A stretch of 64,000 bases of DNA from an uncultured Actinomycetes bacterium (GTDB taxonomy: Bacteria > Actinomycetota > Acidimicrobiia > IMCC26256 > BP-133). The position numbers and the translations under genes are program-made. Positions 1-9,478 of the stretch are shown here, piece by piece; position 1 is the stretch's first letter; each line of letters opens with the position of its first letter. Where the stretch lies: contig CAVRTC010000003.1 of the NCBI GenBank assembly GCA_963723985.1, positions 55,914-119,913 on the forward strand, written 5' to 3'. The notes under the pieces are model-generated. The model saw only the letters and a program-made list of their open reading frames with translations. It was not told the DNA's origin and made no database searches.

Positions 1-1
1 C

Positions 2-570
2 CACGAGAGCCCGGCCCGCCGGGCCCGACTCGGGCTGGGCCGCACCTTCCAGCGGATGGAGCTGTTCGGTTCACTGACGGTGCGGGAAAACGTCGAGCTG
101 GCCGCCGAGGCCGCCCACATCGGCGACGACCCGCTGACCCAGCTCGGGATCGTCGGCGGGCGGGGCAAGGTCCGCCGGGACGTCAGAGCCATCGCCGACG
201 AGCTGATCGAGGAGACGGGGCTGGCAGCGATCCAGAACCGGCTTGCGTCGGAGATCTCGGCCGGCCAGGGCCGCCTCGTCGAGCTGGCCCGGGCACTAGC
301 CAGGGGGCCAACCTGCTCCTCCTCGACGAGCCGTCGTCGGGCCTCGACGTCGCCGAAAGCGCCGAGTTCGCCCAACTGCTCGTCCGCCTCGTGGAAGACC
401 GCGACCTCGGGATCCTCATGGTCGAACACGACATGAGCCTGGTCCTCACGATCTGCCAGTGGATCCACGTCCTCGACTTCGGCAAGCCGTTGATGAACGG
501 CACGCCGGAGCAGGTCCGCAACAGCGACGCGGTCCGAGCCGCTTACCTCGGCCAGGAAGGCGCGGCGTAG
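2..570 (+). CDS. ABC transporter ATP-binding protein, LivG-like (5' end outside window; 1-nt frameshift near 310)
   Basis: Frame starting at 2 reads ..GLGRTFQRMELFGSLTVRENV..ISAGQGRLVELARALARGP. The next frame continues NLLLLDEPSSGLDV..ILMVEHDMSLV..AAYLGQEGAA*. Q-loop, signature, Walker B and H-loop appear in the canonical order across the shift. Confidence 0.8.
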   Translation, partial: REPGPPGPTRAGPHLPADGAVRFTDGAGKRRAGRRGRPHRRRPADPARDRRRAGQGPPGRQSHRRRADRGDGAGSDPEPACVGDLGRPGPPRRAGPGTSQGANLLLLDEPSSGLDVAESAEFAQLLVRLVEDRDLGILMVEHDMSLVLTICQWIHVLDFGKPLMNGTPEQVRNSDAVRAAYLGQEGAA

Positions 571-1412
571 CGCAGGCTCAACCCAGGTGCCACTCCCCGA
601 CGACCTTTACGTAACGGCTGAGCCGTACGAGAATCGACCGTCCTTCCGATAAGTCCGAGGTGCGGATCGTGTCGAACTGAACCATCCGCCCCAGCGAAGG
701 GAACGGTCCCAACGGCGCAATCCTCTACTGGCCCTTCGCTGAACTGGTTGGTGCTGGCGTGCACATTGATTTGTTCCCGGCACCGGGCCTCCGCGACCCG
801 TTCGGGCCGGCAGGAGCGGGCTGGTGATCTGGGGATCTCGGGCGACCTACACCCGCGCGGACCCTCTCGTTAGATGCGCTAGTCCTCTACCTCGCCCAGG
901 AAGACGCCGCGTCACATGGTAACCCGGGTGCCGCTGACCTAAGTCCTTTACGGTAACGCCAACGCCGAACGAGAATCGCCCCTCGCACCCCCATCCATCC
1001 GGGGTGCCGATCGTGGAGACGTTACCCAGCCAGCTCAGACGTTCAGATCCACCGGTATATCGGCCGGTGAGCGATGGGCTGGAGGTGTTCCTCGCCGTCG
1101 CGAGGTGACGATGGAAGGCGCAACCCAGCACCACAGCCGAGGTTGCTGCATAGCTCGAACGACTCACCTCGCCCAGAGGTCGCGGGTCCCTTGACATGTC
1201 GAGGCAGTACGCTATAAGTTCGAACGACGTGATGGACAAACTCAAGGACCGAGAGCCTCGGGAGGCGTCCTTCGGGAGCCGGTGGAGGCCGCGTTACCTC
1301 ATAACGTTTATTGGCTAGTGACCGCGCCACCTCATCCACGATCGGCGTCGACGGCGGCCTCTTGACGACGCGCTAGGCCCCATGCTCGCCGCGACACCGC
1401 CAAGGAGGCTCT
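544..1412. repeat. Three degenerate tandem units (~280-340 bp) seeded by the 3' end of the ABC ATPase gene
   Basis: Unit heads are at 544 (TACCTCGGCCAGGAAGGCGCGGCGTAG), 888 (TACCTCGCCCAGGAAGACGCCGCGTCA) and 1165 (CACCTCGCCCAGAGGTCGCGGG). By eye, units 1 and 2 align at about 70% over ~140 nt (AACCCrGGTGCC..CCTTTACG..CGAACGAGAATCG..GGTGCsGATCGTG). Confidence 0.5.
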
Positions 1413-2622
1413 ATGTCGCAGACCGCCGTCGCCGATCCCGTCCCGGTCATTGAGGACCTCAGCATCTACATCGTGGGGGGGCGTGCCGACCCGAAGTTCG
1501 CCATTCCCCAGGCGATGGAAGCAGAGCGCCTCGGCTTCCGGCGGGTGTGGTTCTGCGAGCGGCTTAACTTAAAGGATGCGGGCGTCGTCCTCGGTGCAAT
1601 CGCGGCCAAGACGAGTCGCATCGAGATCGGTACAGCGCCGGTGACGGCTATGGCGCGTTCGCCGGTCGTCACTGCGTCGATCGGAGCAACGGTCCACACC
1701 GCCTTTGGTCCTCGCTGCATCCTGGGTCTGGGGCGGGGCCCCGCGGGCCACATCGCGGCATACGGCAACCCGGGCGCTACCTATGCCCAGATGGTCGAAT
1801 ACGTGGAAACCATACGGCGGCTGTGGCGAGGCGAAACCGTCTCCTACCACGGCCCGTCCGGCAGCTTCTCGGAGGCGACACTCCCGGACACCTACGACGG
1901 GCCGCCGCCGGAAGTCTGGTATGTCGGCCTGGGTGGACCCAAAGCATCGAGGACGAGCGCGAACACGGTGTTCGACGGAATGATGCTGGGTCCACCGGCT
2001 ACGCCTGAAGCCGTGGCGCAAAGCGTGGCGTGGGCGCGGGAAGAATGTGAGCGCCTCGGACGCGATCCGGCGAGCCTTCGGATTTGTGCGGGGGTGGCCG
2101 CGGCGCCGCGGGTCGAGGCCGTCGGGGAAGATGTGGCGTCGATGACGAACCCCGCGTACGGCTCGCAGGGGTATGTCACCCCCGAAGGCCTTCGGGGTTT
2201 CCTTTGCCTCATCCTCAACACCAAGGACGCGGTCGCGCCCGGCGGCATCATCGAGCGCAACGGTTGGAAGCGCAAGGACATCGACCGGATCGTGGACCAT
2301 CCAGTCGCTCAGGAGATCATGGCCGCGGCTCGCGCCGCCGGAAAGCGCGTCGAACTCGCCGACCAGGCGGTTCGGGACCGAACCCTGCTGGCACAATGGG
2401 CGGCGGAGATCCCGGACTCGTGGCTTCAGGACCGCGTTCGCCATCGGATCGGCACGCGAGTGCGTCGCGAAGCTTCAGGCCTATCGCGACGCCGGCGCCG
2501 ACGAGGTCGCCATCTACGTTGCTAGCCCGGCGCAATGCGCTGAGCTGATCGCCGCCTGGCGGAACCGGCCCCAAGCCACGCCCGTCGGTGCAGCTCCAGC
2601 GTCGATAGGGGGCCGCTCATGA
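1413..2622 (+). CDS. LLM-class (luciferase-like) flavin/F420-dependent oxidoreductase, frameshift near 2432
   Basis: N-terminus reads AMEAERLGFRRVWFCERL..ILGLGRG. The family-typical C-terminus AIGSARECVAKLQAYRDAGADEVAIY lies in the +1 frame (ORF 2173..2622). That frame ends in an ATGA overlap with the next gene at 2619-2622. Confidence 0.85.
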
Positions 2623-3809
2623 CGTCCAGGACGACGGATACCTCCGACCTCGAGCGCAGTCTCGATCCCCTGGCACTCATCAATACCGCCTGCCAACAGA
2701 CCGGGCTTGACGACTACGGCGCCGACGAACGGTTTCTTGAGGCGATGACGCGCTGGCTGTCCTCGGTCGCGTCCGAGGGGCGGCTGAACGCCGTCGGCGT
2801 TGCGGCTGTGCAGGGCAATGTCATGCGGGTGCTGATGACACGCCTGCGCTTCTACGACGACCTCAAGAAGCACCCCGAGATCCTCGAGGAAGACGTCTCC
2901 GACCCCGTGATGATCACCGGATTGCCCCGCACGGGAACCACCAAGTTGCAGCGAATTATGTCGTGCGATCCGACCGTGCGGTTCATCCCACTGTGGCTTC
3001 TGATGTTCCCCGCACCCGAACCGGGTTGGAAGCGTGGGGACCCCGACCCCAGGCTCGACATGGCCAAGGCCGCCACCGAGCAGCAGATCCGGCAATACCC
3101 CGACATCCAGCTCGGCCACCCTGTGGCGGCCGAGCTCGCCGAGGAAGAGGCCTACCTCCTCGATCTGACGTTCGAGTCGCCTTTGGCGATCACGCGCCGC
3201 GCTCCGTCATTCGTTTCCTGGTGGCTCGAGCAGCCTCAGGAGCCGCCGTATGAGTTTCTCCGGAGCATGTTGCAGTACCTCCAATGGCAAGCCGGGGGCA
3301 GGCGCGGTCGCCACTTCCTCCTCAAGGCGGTGACTTCGCATTTCGGGAACCTCGACGTCGCAGCCAAGGTCTTCCCGCAGGCGACGATCGTGGTCACTCA
3401 TCGGGACCTGAAGTCGGTCGTGCCGTCAGGTACTCGCTTGCTCGAGCGGGTCCGGCGCACCGTCAGTGATGACGTCGATCCGCTCGATTGCGGCACGTTC
3501 ATGTTCGATTTCCTCAAGCAGAGCGTGGACCGGCATCTCGCACAACGTGATGCGCTCGGTGATACTGCCCGGATTGTCGACATGGCGTATAAGCAGGTCG
3601 ATGCCGATCCGGTGGACGCAGCGAGGACGATCAGTCGCCGACATGGAACCCCGCTGACCCCAGAAGCCGAGCACGCATTGGCGACCTGGGAACAGCGGGA
3701 CCCTCACGGTGGTTCGCACTCCTACTCGCTCGAGCGACATGGATTCACAGAGGCGCAGATTGACGAAGCCTTCTCGGGATACGTTGAGAGATTCCAGCCG
3801 TACCTATAA
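2619..3809 (+). CDS. Sulfotransferase family protein
   Basis: 396 aa. PAPS-binding P-loop-like motif ITGLPRTGTTKLQRIM and a later THRD motif. Start overlaps the upstream stop. Confidence 0.75.
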   Translation: MTSRTTDTSDLERSLDPLALINTACQQTGLDDYGADERFLEAMTRWLSSVASEGRLNAVGVAAVQGNVMRVLMTRLRFYDDLKKHPEILEEDVSDPVMITGLPRTGTTKLQRIMSCDPTVRFIPLWLLMFPAPEPGWKRGDPDPRLDMAKAATEQQIRQYPDIQLGHPVAAELAEEEAYLLDLTFESPLAITRRAPSFVSWWLEQPQEPPYEFLRSMLQYLQWQAGGRRGRHFLLKAVTSHFGNLDVAAKVFPQATIVVTHRDLKSVVPSGTRLLERVRRTVSDDVDPLDCGTFMFDFLKQSVDRHLAQRDALGDTARIVDMAYKQVDADPVDAARTISRRHGTPLTPEAEHALATWEQRDPHGGSHSYSLERHGFTEAQIDEAFSGYVERFQPYL

Positions 3810-3860
3810 GCGCAAGGGAGTCCCTTTGGCTGCACGGGCTTGTCGCATGGGACATGGACA

Positions 3861-4736
3861 ATGAAAGATCACCTTGTGGCGGCCATGAAGCGCCGGCGGC
3901 GTCGCCTTCCTGGCGTCGGCGAGGCAGATTCGAGCAACGAGGGCAGGGGACGTATCGCACTCGTGACCGGGGCATCGTCCGGCATCGGATGGGCGATGGC
4001 GGAACTCTTGGCCGCCAAGGGCTACGACGTTGTTGCCGTGGCTCGCCGGGAGGCACGGTTGTGCGATCTTCAAAAGCAACTCGAGGGCAGATGGGGGGTC
4101 CGGGTGCACCCTTTGGCCTGTGATCTGGCAGACCAAGGCGCTCCCGCCTATATCAGAGACGAAATGTCCCGACGCTCGCTCGATATCGACTTCCTCGTCA
4201 ACAATGCGGGATACGTCGTGTATTCGCCCTATCAAGCGATGCCATGGGAGGACGGCCTGCGGTACATCCAGGTCACCGCGCTTAGCCCGGCGGAGCTCTG
4301 CCGACACTTTCTGCCCGCCATGGTCGACCGGCGATGGGGACGCATCATCAACGTCGCGTCGATCGCCGCAGTCCTTCCTGGCACCCCCATGACGGTTCTG
4401 TACGGGGCGTCCAAGTCGTTCGTGCTCAAGCTCACGGAAGGCTTAGCGGCCGAAGTCGAGCAATGCGGCGTCAACTGCACGGTCATCATCGTCGGCGCGA
4501 CGGACACGGAGATGGTGGAGACGAGTGTGTCGCCCGAGTTTGCCGACGCCCTCATGATGCAGGCGGCGATGATGCGCCCAGAAGCTGTCGCTCGGAAGAG
4601 CTATTCGGCCTGTATCCGCGGGAAGCGGGTCACAGCGCCCGGCTGGCACAACAAGGTCTGGTCATTCGCGACCGTGCATTCGCCGCCAGCGTTCCGATAC
4701 CAGCTGGCGCAGGCATCCGTGCGGTCCCAACCCTGA
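3861..4736 (+). CDS. Short-chain dehydrogenase/reductase (SDR)
   Basis: ALVTGASSGIGWA (TGxxxGxG), NNAG, and YGASKSFV (YxxxK). The ORF opens at 3840 (TTG); ATG 3861 is preferred. Confidence 0.85.
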   Translation: MKDHLVAAMKRRRRRLPGVGEADSSNEGRGRIALVTGASSGIGWAMAELLAAKGYDVVAVARREARLCDLQKQLEGRWGVRVHPLACDLADQGAPAYIRDEMSRRSLDIDFLVNNAGYVVYSPYQAMPWEDGLRYIQVTALSPAELCRHFLPAMVDRRWGRIINVASIAAVLPGTPMTVLYGASKSFVLKLTEGLAAEVEQCGVNCTVIIVGATDTEMVETSVSPEFADALMMQAAMMRPEAVARKSYSACIRGKRVTAPGWHNKVWSFATVHSPPAFRYQLAQASVRSQP

Positions 4737-4801
4737 GAAACACACTCTTTCGCAGTCGTTGGGCTTGCCGGCCGGGATCGAGTCGGCCCCGTCCGATCGG
4801 A

Positions 4802-6790
4802 TTACCGGGCTGTCGACGCCACCGCCGAGCGCAACCCGGACGCTGGGCTGAATGGCCCCGCAACTGCTTCTTTCGGCGCCACGGTACCGATGGGCTCCAG
4901 GTCGTAATCCTTGAGGTTCACCTCGCGGGTCATCTTCCAGTAGTCGATCAGGCGCCACGGTGAGTTGGTGACGACCCGGCCGCGGGCATTGCGGTACCAC
5001 GTGTCCATGGCCGGATGGGTCCAGACCATCTTCGAGTGGGCTTCGTCGACCCGGCGGTTGTACTCCTCGCACACGTCCTGGCGGACTTCGATCGACCGGA
5101 TGCCGGACTCGATCATGGTGATGAGCATGCTGACGACGTAGCGCACCTGGCACTCGGCGTGGAAGATGATCGTTCCGCCATGACCCAGATTCGTATTCGG
5201 GCCATAGAGCAGGAGAAGGTTCGGAAAGCCGGGAACGGTCATTCCGAGGTATGCCCGAGGATCGTCGTCGCCCCATTCATCCCGCAGCGACCGGCCGTCG
5301 CGACCACGGACGTCGACGCCGGCCAGCATGCGGACGGCGTCGAACCCGGTGGCGTAGATAATCACGTCGATCGCATGGTGCTCACCATCGGCCGTGCGCA
5401 ATCCGTCGGCCTCGATGCGTTCGATCCGCCCGGTGACAACCCGCACGTTTGGGCGCCTGATCGTCCTGTACCAGCCGTTGTCCATCAGTATTCGCTTGCC
5501 GTATGGCGGGTAGTCAGGAACGGCAATCGGCCGCAGGTCGATCCGGTCTCCCAGTTCGCGCTCGATGTGGCGGATCAGGTATCGCCGGTGGCCTTCGTTG
5601 ACCGCGTTGATGGAGAGTCGGCCCGGCCAGTTCGGATCGATCTGGAGCGCCGGATGGATCTTGTCGTTGAACCGCCATACCAGTTGCGCCCTGTAGTAGG
5701 CGGCGAAGTAGGGCACTTCGTTGAAGAGCAGGCGCGTTTCGTCGCTGACGTGCTTCACATAGTTCGGGTTGGGCGCCGCCCACTGCGGCGAGCGCTGGAA
5801 GATCGTGAGGGACGCGACGTCCGGGGCGATGGACGGCACGACCTGCATGGCCGAGGCGCCGGTTCCGACCACCGCCACGCGCTTCCCGACCAGGTCGATG
5901 TCGTCCGGCCAGCGCGCAGTGTGGAAGGCCGGCCCGGCAAACGTTTCGGCGCCTTCGATGGACGGCTCGGCTGGGCGGTTCAACTGTCCAACAGCGCTGA
6001 TGACCGCGTTGGCGTCGTGCGGTTCTTGGTGGCCGTCGGGCCATTGGACCGTTACGGTCCAGCGACTGCTCTCGTCATCGAAGGTCGCCGCCGTCACCTC
6101 GGCCGAGAAACGGATGTCGTTCACCACGTCGTACTCGATGGCGCACCGCACGAGATACTCGTGGATCTCGGGCTGGCGGGCGTAGTGGCTCGACCAGGCG
6201 TGATTCGGCGAGAAGGAGAACGAGTACATGTGGCTGGGGGTGTCGACCCGGCACCCGGGATAACGGTTCTCGAACCAGGTACCCCCCAGCGAGGGATTCT
6301 TGTCGAATACGGTGAAGGCGATGCCCGCCTGCTTGAGCTTGATTGCGGCGCAGATTCCCGACAGACCGGCACCGATGATGATCACTTTGAAGTCGGAGAT
6401 GCTCACGTCACCGGCCGACGACCAGGTCGCCTCCCGCGGAACGACGCCCATCTCCTCGAGCATCATCGTGGCGTACTCGGGTGCCACCGGCTCGCTCAGG
6501 CAGACGCTCAGCATCCTGATCAAGTAGTCGGGCGACGGTGGCGCGGGATCCGGGAGCCGTCCGTCCCGCCAGTCACGGATCACGTCGAAGGCATGCTCGC
6601 GAATGGTGGACTGGACAGACGGGGACAAGCCTCCCGATTCATTGTCCTCGAGACCGCGGCCGCGGCCCGGGGTGAACGGCGGCTCCAGCCAACGGGCGTC
6701 GCCCGTGTAGTGCGCCAACACCATGAGTAACGTCGGGATGTGGGCGTCTTCCAACGCTGCCCGGAGCTGGTCATCGTCGCGGATAGTCAC
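4802..6790 (-). CDS. FAD-dependent Baeyer-Villiger-type monooxygenase (flavin-containing monooxygenase family)
   Basis: IIIGAGLSGICAA..GGTWFENRYPGCRVDTPSHMYSFSF..FAGPAFHTARW..VAVVGTGASAMQ. GTG start at 6790 is preceded by GGAGA. The ORF extension to 6910 overlaps a decayed upstream gene. Confidence 0.85.
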   Translation of the reverse strand: MTIRDDDQLRAALEDAHIPTLLMVLAHYTGDARWLEPPFTPGRGRGLEDNESGGLSPSVQSTIREHAFDVIRDWRDGRLPDPAPPSPDYLIRMLSVCLSEPVAPEYATMMLEEMGVVPREATWSSAGDVSISDFKVIIIGAGLSGICAAIKLKQAGIAFTVFDKNPSLGGTWFENRYPGCRVDTPSHMYSFSFSPNHAWSSHYARQPEIHEYLVRCAIEYDVVNDIRFSAEVTAATFDDESSRWTVTVQWPDGHQEPHDANAVISAVGQLNRPAEPSIEGAETFAGPAFHTARWPDDIDLVGKRVAVVGTGASAMQVVPSIAPDVASLTIFQRSPQWAAPNPNYVKHVSDETRLLFNEVPYFAAYYRAQLVWRFNDKIHPALQIDPNWPGRLSINAVNEGHRRYLIRHIERELGDRIDLRPIAVPDYPPYGKRILMDNGWYRTIRRPNVRVVTGRIERIEADGLRTADGEHHAIDVIIYATGFDAVRMLAGVDVRGRDGRSLRDEWGDDDPRAYLGMTVPGFPNLLLLYGPNTNLGHGGTIIFHAECQVRYVVSMLITMIESGIRSIEVRQDVCEEYNRRVDEAHSKMVWTHPAMDTWYRNARGRVVTNSPWRLIDYWKMTREVNLKDYDLEPIGTVAPKEAVAGPFSPASGLRSAVASTAR

Positions 6791-7440
6791 AATGTCTCCG
6801 TGATCATCAGTTCGGCACCCGCGTAGGGAGCGACCACGTCGTCCTCGAGTTCGGCGGGCTCGCTTGCGCGCATACCCCATCGAAACGTTCGGCGGCTCCG
6901 GAGCACCCACGAACCGCAGACCGGCCCATCACCAGCACGTCGGGGAGCCCGAGGTTGAGCCCGGCGATCGCGTAGATGAGTTCCTTTGCCCGCTGGCGCC
7001 AATCCGGGCCGCCGTCAGCAATGCCAGTCCGAGGATGGCTGCACCGTTCACGGCTGTTGGCAGCCGGAGAGCGATCGGCGCCGGCGCCGGGCGCGAGTCG
7101 TGCAGCTGAATGCGCACCGCACAGTCCACTTGTATTCGGTGCCGGCGGGCGCGGCGAGCTCGGATGAAGCGTCGCCAGCGACCGCCCCGCCCTCCGTCGC
7201 CATCCACAGTTCCAACGCGTCAAGGTTGCGGCCACTCGTCCCGCAGTTCGGCCGAGAGCCAGCGTGAAGGCGATCGGGACGAGGAACACGGCGATGAGGC
7301 CTCCCGAGATCAAGTAGGAATCTTGCCGCCAGGGTTCCTGGCTCGCCCCTGGGGGGGCAAACCACCGCTAGGGGCCAAAACGGCGCCGGCCGCGGCAAAG
7401 GACCGCCGCCGACCGATTCCGCTTGGGTGCGGGCCCCCAT
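6787..7440 (-). pseudogene. Decayed paralog of the 4-TM membrane protein at 39011..39757 (multiple frameshifts)
   Basis: Family motifs are spread over three frames: SYLISGGLIAVFLVPIAFTLA (7299-7316 region), then SAELRDEW in the next frame (7232-7255), then NLDALELW. AILGLALLTAA/DGGPDWRQRAKELIYAIAGLNLGLPDVLV parallels P1 LAILVFGWNHIATDGTAGEAYEGLAVAAAGVLVAGLV. Confidence 0.5.
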
Positions 7441-7565
7441 TCAGACCATCGCCACTTTCTTCGTCCCGGGATTCGATGGCCCGGTCACCGAGCCTTATAA
7501 TATGATCGTCCAGGTAGTCAAATCAAGTAAACTCCCCCGACACGGTCCAGCTCGGCAGTGCATAA

Positions 7566-7940
7566 GTGTCGGGACAGACAACGTTCACCGGTAAAAATTG
7601 GGGGGACTCGGTGCTCCGGACGGCGAAGCGGGTCGTGAAGAAGAGCTCCAAGCTGGCAGGGCGGGCCGTTTCGGAGGTGAGTCTCGCCTTGACCGACGTC
7701 CCGGGAGGCGACACCATCCCCCTCCGCCGACTCGGGTTCGGTATTTCCATGGTCATGGACCCGCGCGGCTCGACGCTGCTCGATGCCCTCGGCGACGACC
7801 TCGACGAGCGGGCCCACACACTCGACCGCTTCCTCAACCGCTGCAGCGACGATGACCTGACGGAGCTGCTGACCGCGTTCCAGGAAGCCGCTGCCCGCCG
7901 TGCCGCCCGGGGCGGCACGAACGAGGATCAGTCGACTTAA
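7566..7940 (+). CDS. Hypothetical protein (124 aa) in a lower-GC segment
   Basis: Protein-like composition with a helical C-terminal half (DLDERAHTLDRFLNRCSDDDLTELLTAFQEAA). A perfect TATAAT lies at 7496-7501 upstream. No family recognised. Confidence 0.4.
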   Translation: MSGQTTFTGKNWGDSVLRTAKRVVKKSSKLAGRAVSEVSLALTDVPGGDTIPLRRLGFGISMVMDPRGSTLLDALGDDLDERAHTLDRFLNRCSDDDLTELLTAFQEAAARRAARGGTNEDQST

Positions 7941-8217
7941 GGCGTGGCGATCCCGGCGAACTCGGCGGACTCGCCACGGAGGGTCGCCCGATGCAGGGTG
8001 GACTTCCGGCAGTCCTGTACCCGCGGACACAAGATCCGGGGGGTTACAGGGTTCAAGTCGAGCATCACTACTGTCCATCAGTGTTGCTGCTGTTGCAACG
8101 CTTTGCGGTCCCAAGGACGACCGCTCAGAGGGATCCTCGACAACGTAATGCGCCGACCCAAATCCGCGACTCGTGGTGGAAGGTGCAGCAACACAGCAAT
8201 CAGCCCCGGAACAGGCC

Positions 8218-8257
8218 GAACACCGACGAACACTGACGAACACCGACGAACACAGTG
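8218..8257. repeat. 10-bp tandem repeat, ~4 copies (GAACACCGAC / GAACACTGAC / GAACACCGAC / GAACACAGTG)
   Basis: Read directly from the sequence, with exact 10-nt periodicity (about one helical turn). Confidence 0.8.
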
Positions 8258-8874
8258 AGCCGAAAACCCATATGCCGCAAAGAATTCGCGCTGATCCGAA
8301 CGGCTGTCGAAAGGCTCAGCGAACTCTAAATCCGCGGGTTCAGGGTTCGTGTGCCTGCGGCCGGGGCTGGATCGCCTGGCCATCAGCCGGGCAGATCGGC
8401 GATCTGCCGGCGAGCATCGGCGACCGCCAGGTAGCCCAGCCCGACCGCCGGTGCCCCGAGGACCGCGAGCATTGTCAGCGCGGCCGGCCGCGACCGCCCA
8501 CTACGGAAAGCGAACCACAGGGAGATCAGGTCGACGGTGTCACGGCCATCCCGAGCCGCAAGGCGACCGGCGCTGCACTCGAGCTCCCGCAGACGCCCGC
8601 CGACATCGCCGCCACGAAGGTCTCGCGTGTTCCCCAGATCCGCAGGACGTACGCGTGATCGACGTCGTCCTCCGGGCGCAGGCCCATGACCCGGACGATC
8701 CCACCGGGCGCGGCGATGGCGTCGATTCCGAACGCGGCACGGGCGGCGTTCAGCACCCTCCCCGCCTCTGATCGGTGGCGGAGGCGTTTCACCTTCGACA
8801 CCCCGAGTCTCATGAGCGAACTGGGCGCGACAGACGTTCGCCACTATGGAGCAACCGCAGCTTCTAGAAGCCAA

Positions 8875-9478
8875 TCAATCGGGGAACTGCTTGTCAGCGC
8901 AGTTCAGCTTGAACCCGTCTACCGAGACCCAGGTTCCATCTTTGATGACGGTGGTGAACCAGCAGGAGTGCTTCTTCGCTGGTTGGCCCTCGACAAACGT
9001 CAATGGCGGCGTGAGACCGCCGAGCGTGTCCCCGTTGATCGTCCAGAGGCCCCGAAGGATAGCTTGGTGGTGGGGGGTTCGACGATGTGGGCGCCAGCCC
9101 TCTCGAGAAGTTTCCCTGAGGCCCACCCCGCAGCGTTTGCACCTGAGGGCTTGACGCCGGTGACGGTTCGGATGGCCTGCTGGAACTCGTCCGTGGCTGG
9201 AGTGCCGGACTGGAATGGAGGGAAGACACCATGACCGACAATCATGTTGTTCAGGTTCGGGTCTTTCGCCAACTCCTCGTGGGCGGTAACCGAAGGTGCG
9301 CTGAAGATCGGACGGTAACCTTGTCTGGCCCGACACGGTGGCCGACGCCGACATCTGGCCGAACACGTAACGGATCACCATCGTCGGCCCACCCGGCGTC
9401 GCCTGCTCCTGGCGCACGACCAGGCCCGGGCTCACGACCCTTCTCCGAGAACCCGACCGTCTGGCCGGCGATCGTCAT
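8875..9478 (-). pseudogene. Fragment (C-terminal ~200 aa) of a LIV-type ABC substrate-binding protein, several frameshifts
   Basis: GTPATDEFQQAIRTVTGVKPSGANAAGWASGKLLERA and ILRGLWTINGDTLGGLTPPLTFVEGQPAKKHSCWFTTVIKDGTW parallel the intact SBP (37451..39001) IIEGLYGLRGETLGGLVPPTTYKRGVPHKDANHCAIPIVIGDGKF. The pieces lie in three frames. Confidence 0.7.

Noticed and set aside
5015-6730. 571-aa plus-strand ORF; similar long ORFs at 21943-23976(-), 23783-25078(-), 27868-29106(-), 30971-33124(+), 33899-35005(-), 35188-36195(-), 37475-39265(-), 47802-49136(+), 57885-59150(+)
   Set aside because: Each lies opposite a gene with clear family motifs. Each translates to Arg/Gly/Pro/Asp-rich sequence without recognisable domains.
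8218-8257. Possible CRISPR array or minisatellite
   Set aside because: The units are only 10 bp, contiguous with no spacers, and there are four copies. No cas genes are present. It is reported as a simple tandem repeat instead.
8030-8360. tRNA-like T-arm strings (GGTTCAAGTC at ~8045, GGGTTCAGGGTTCG at ~8335)
   Set aside because: No complementary T-stem, acceptor stem or anticodon arm could be built around either string.
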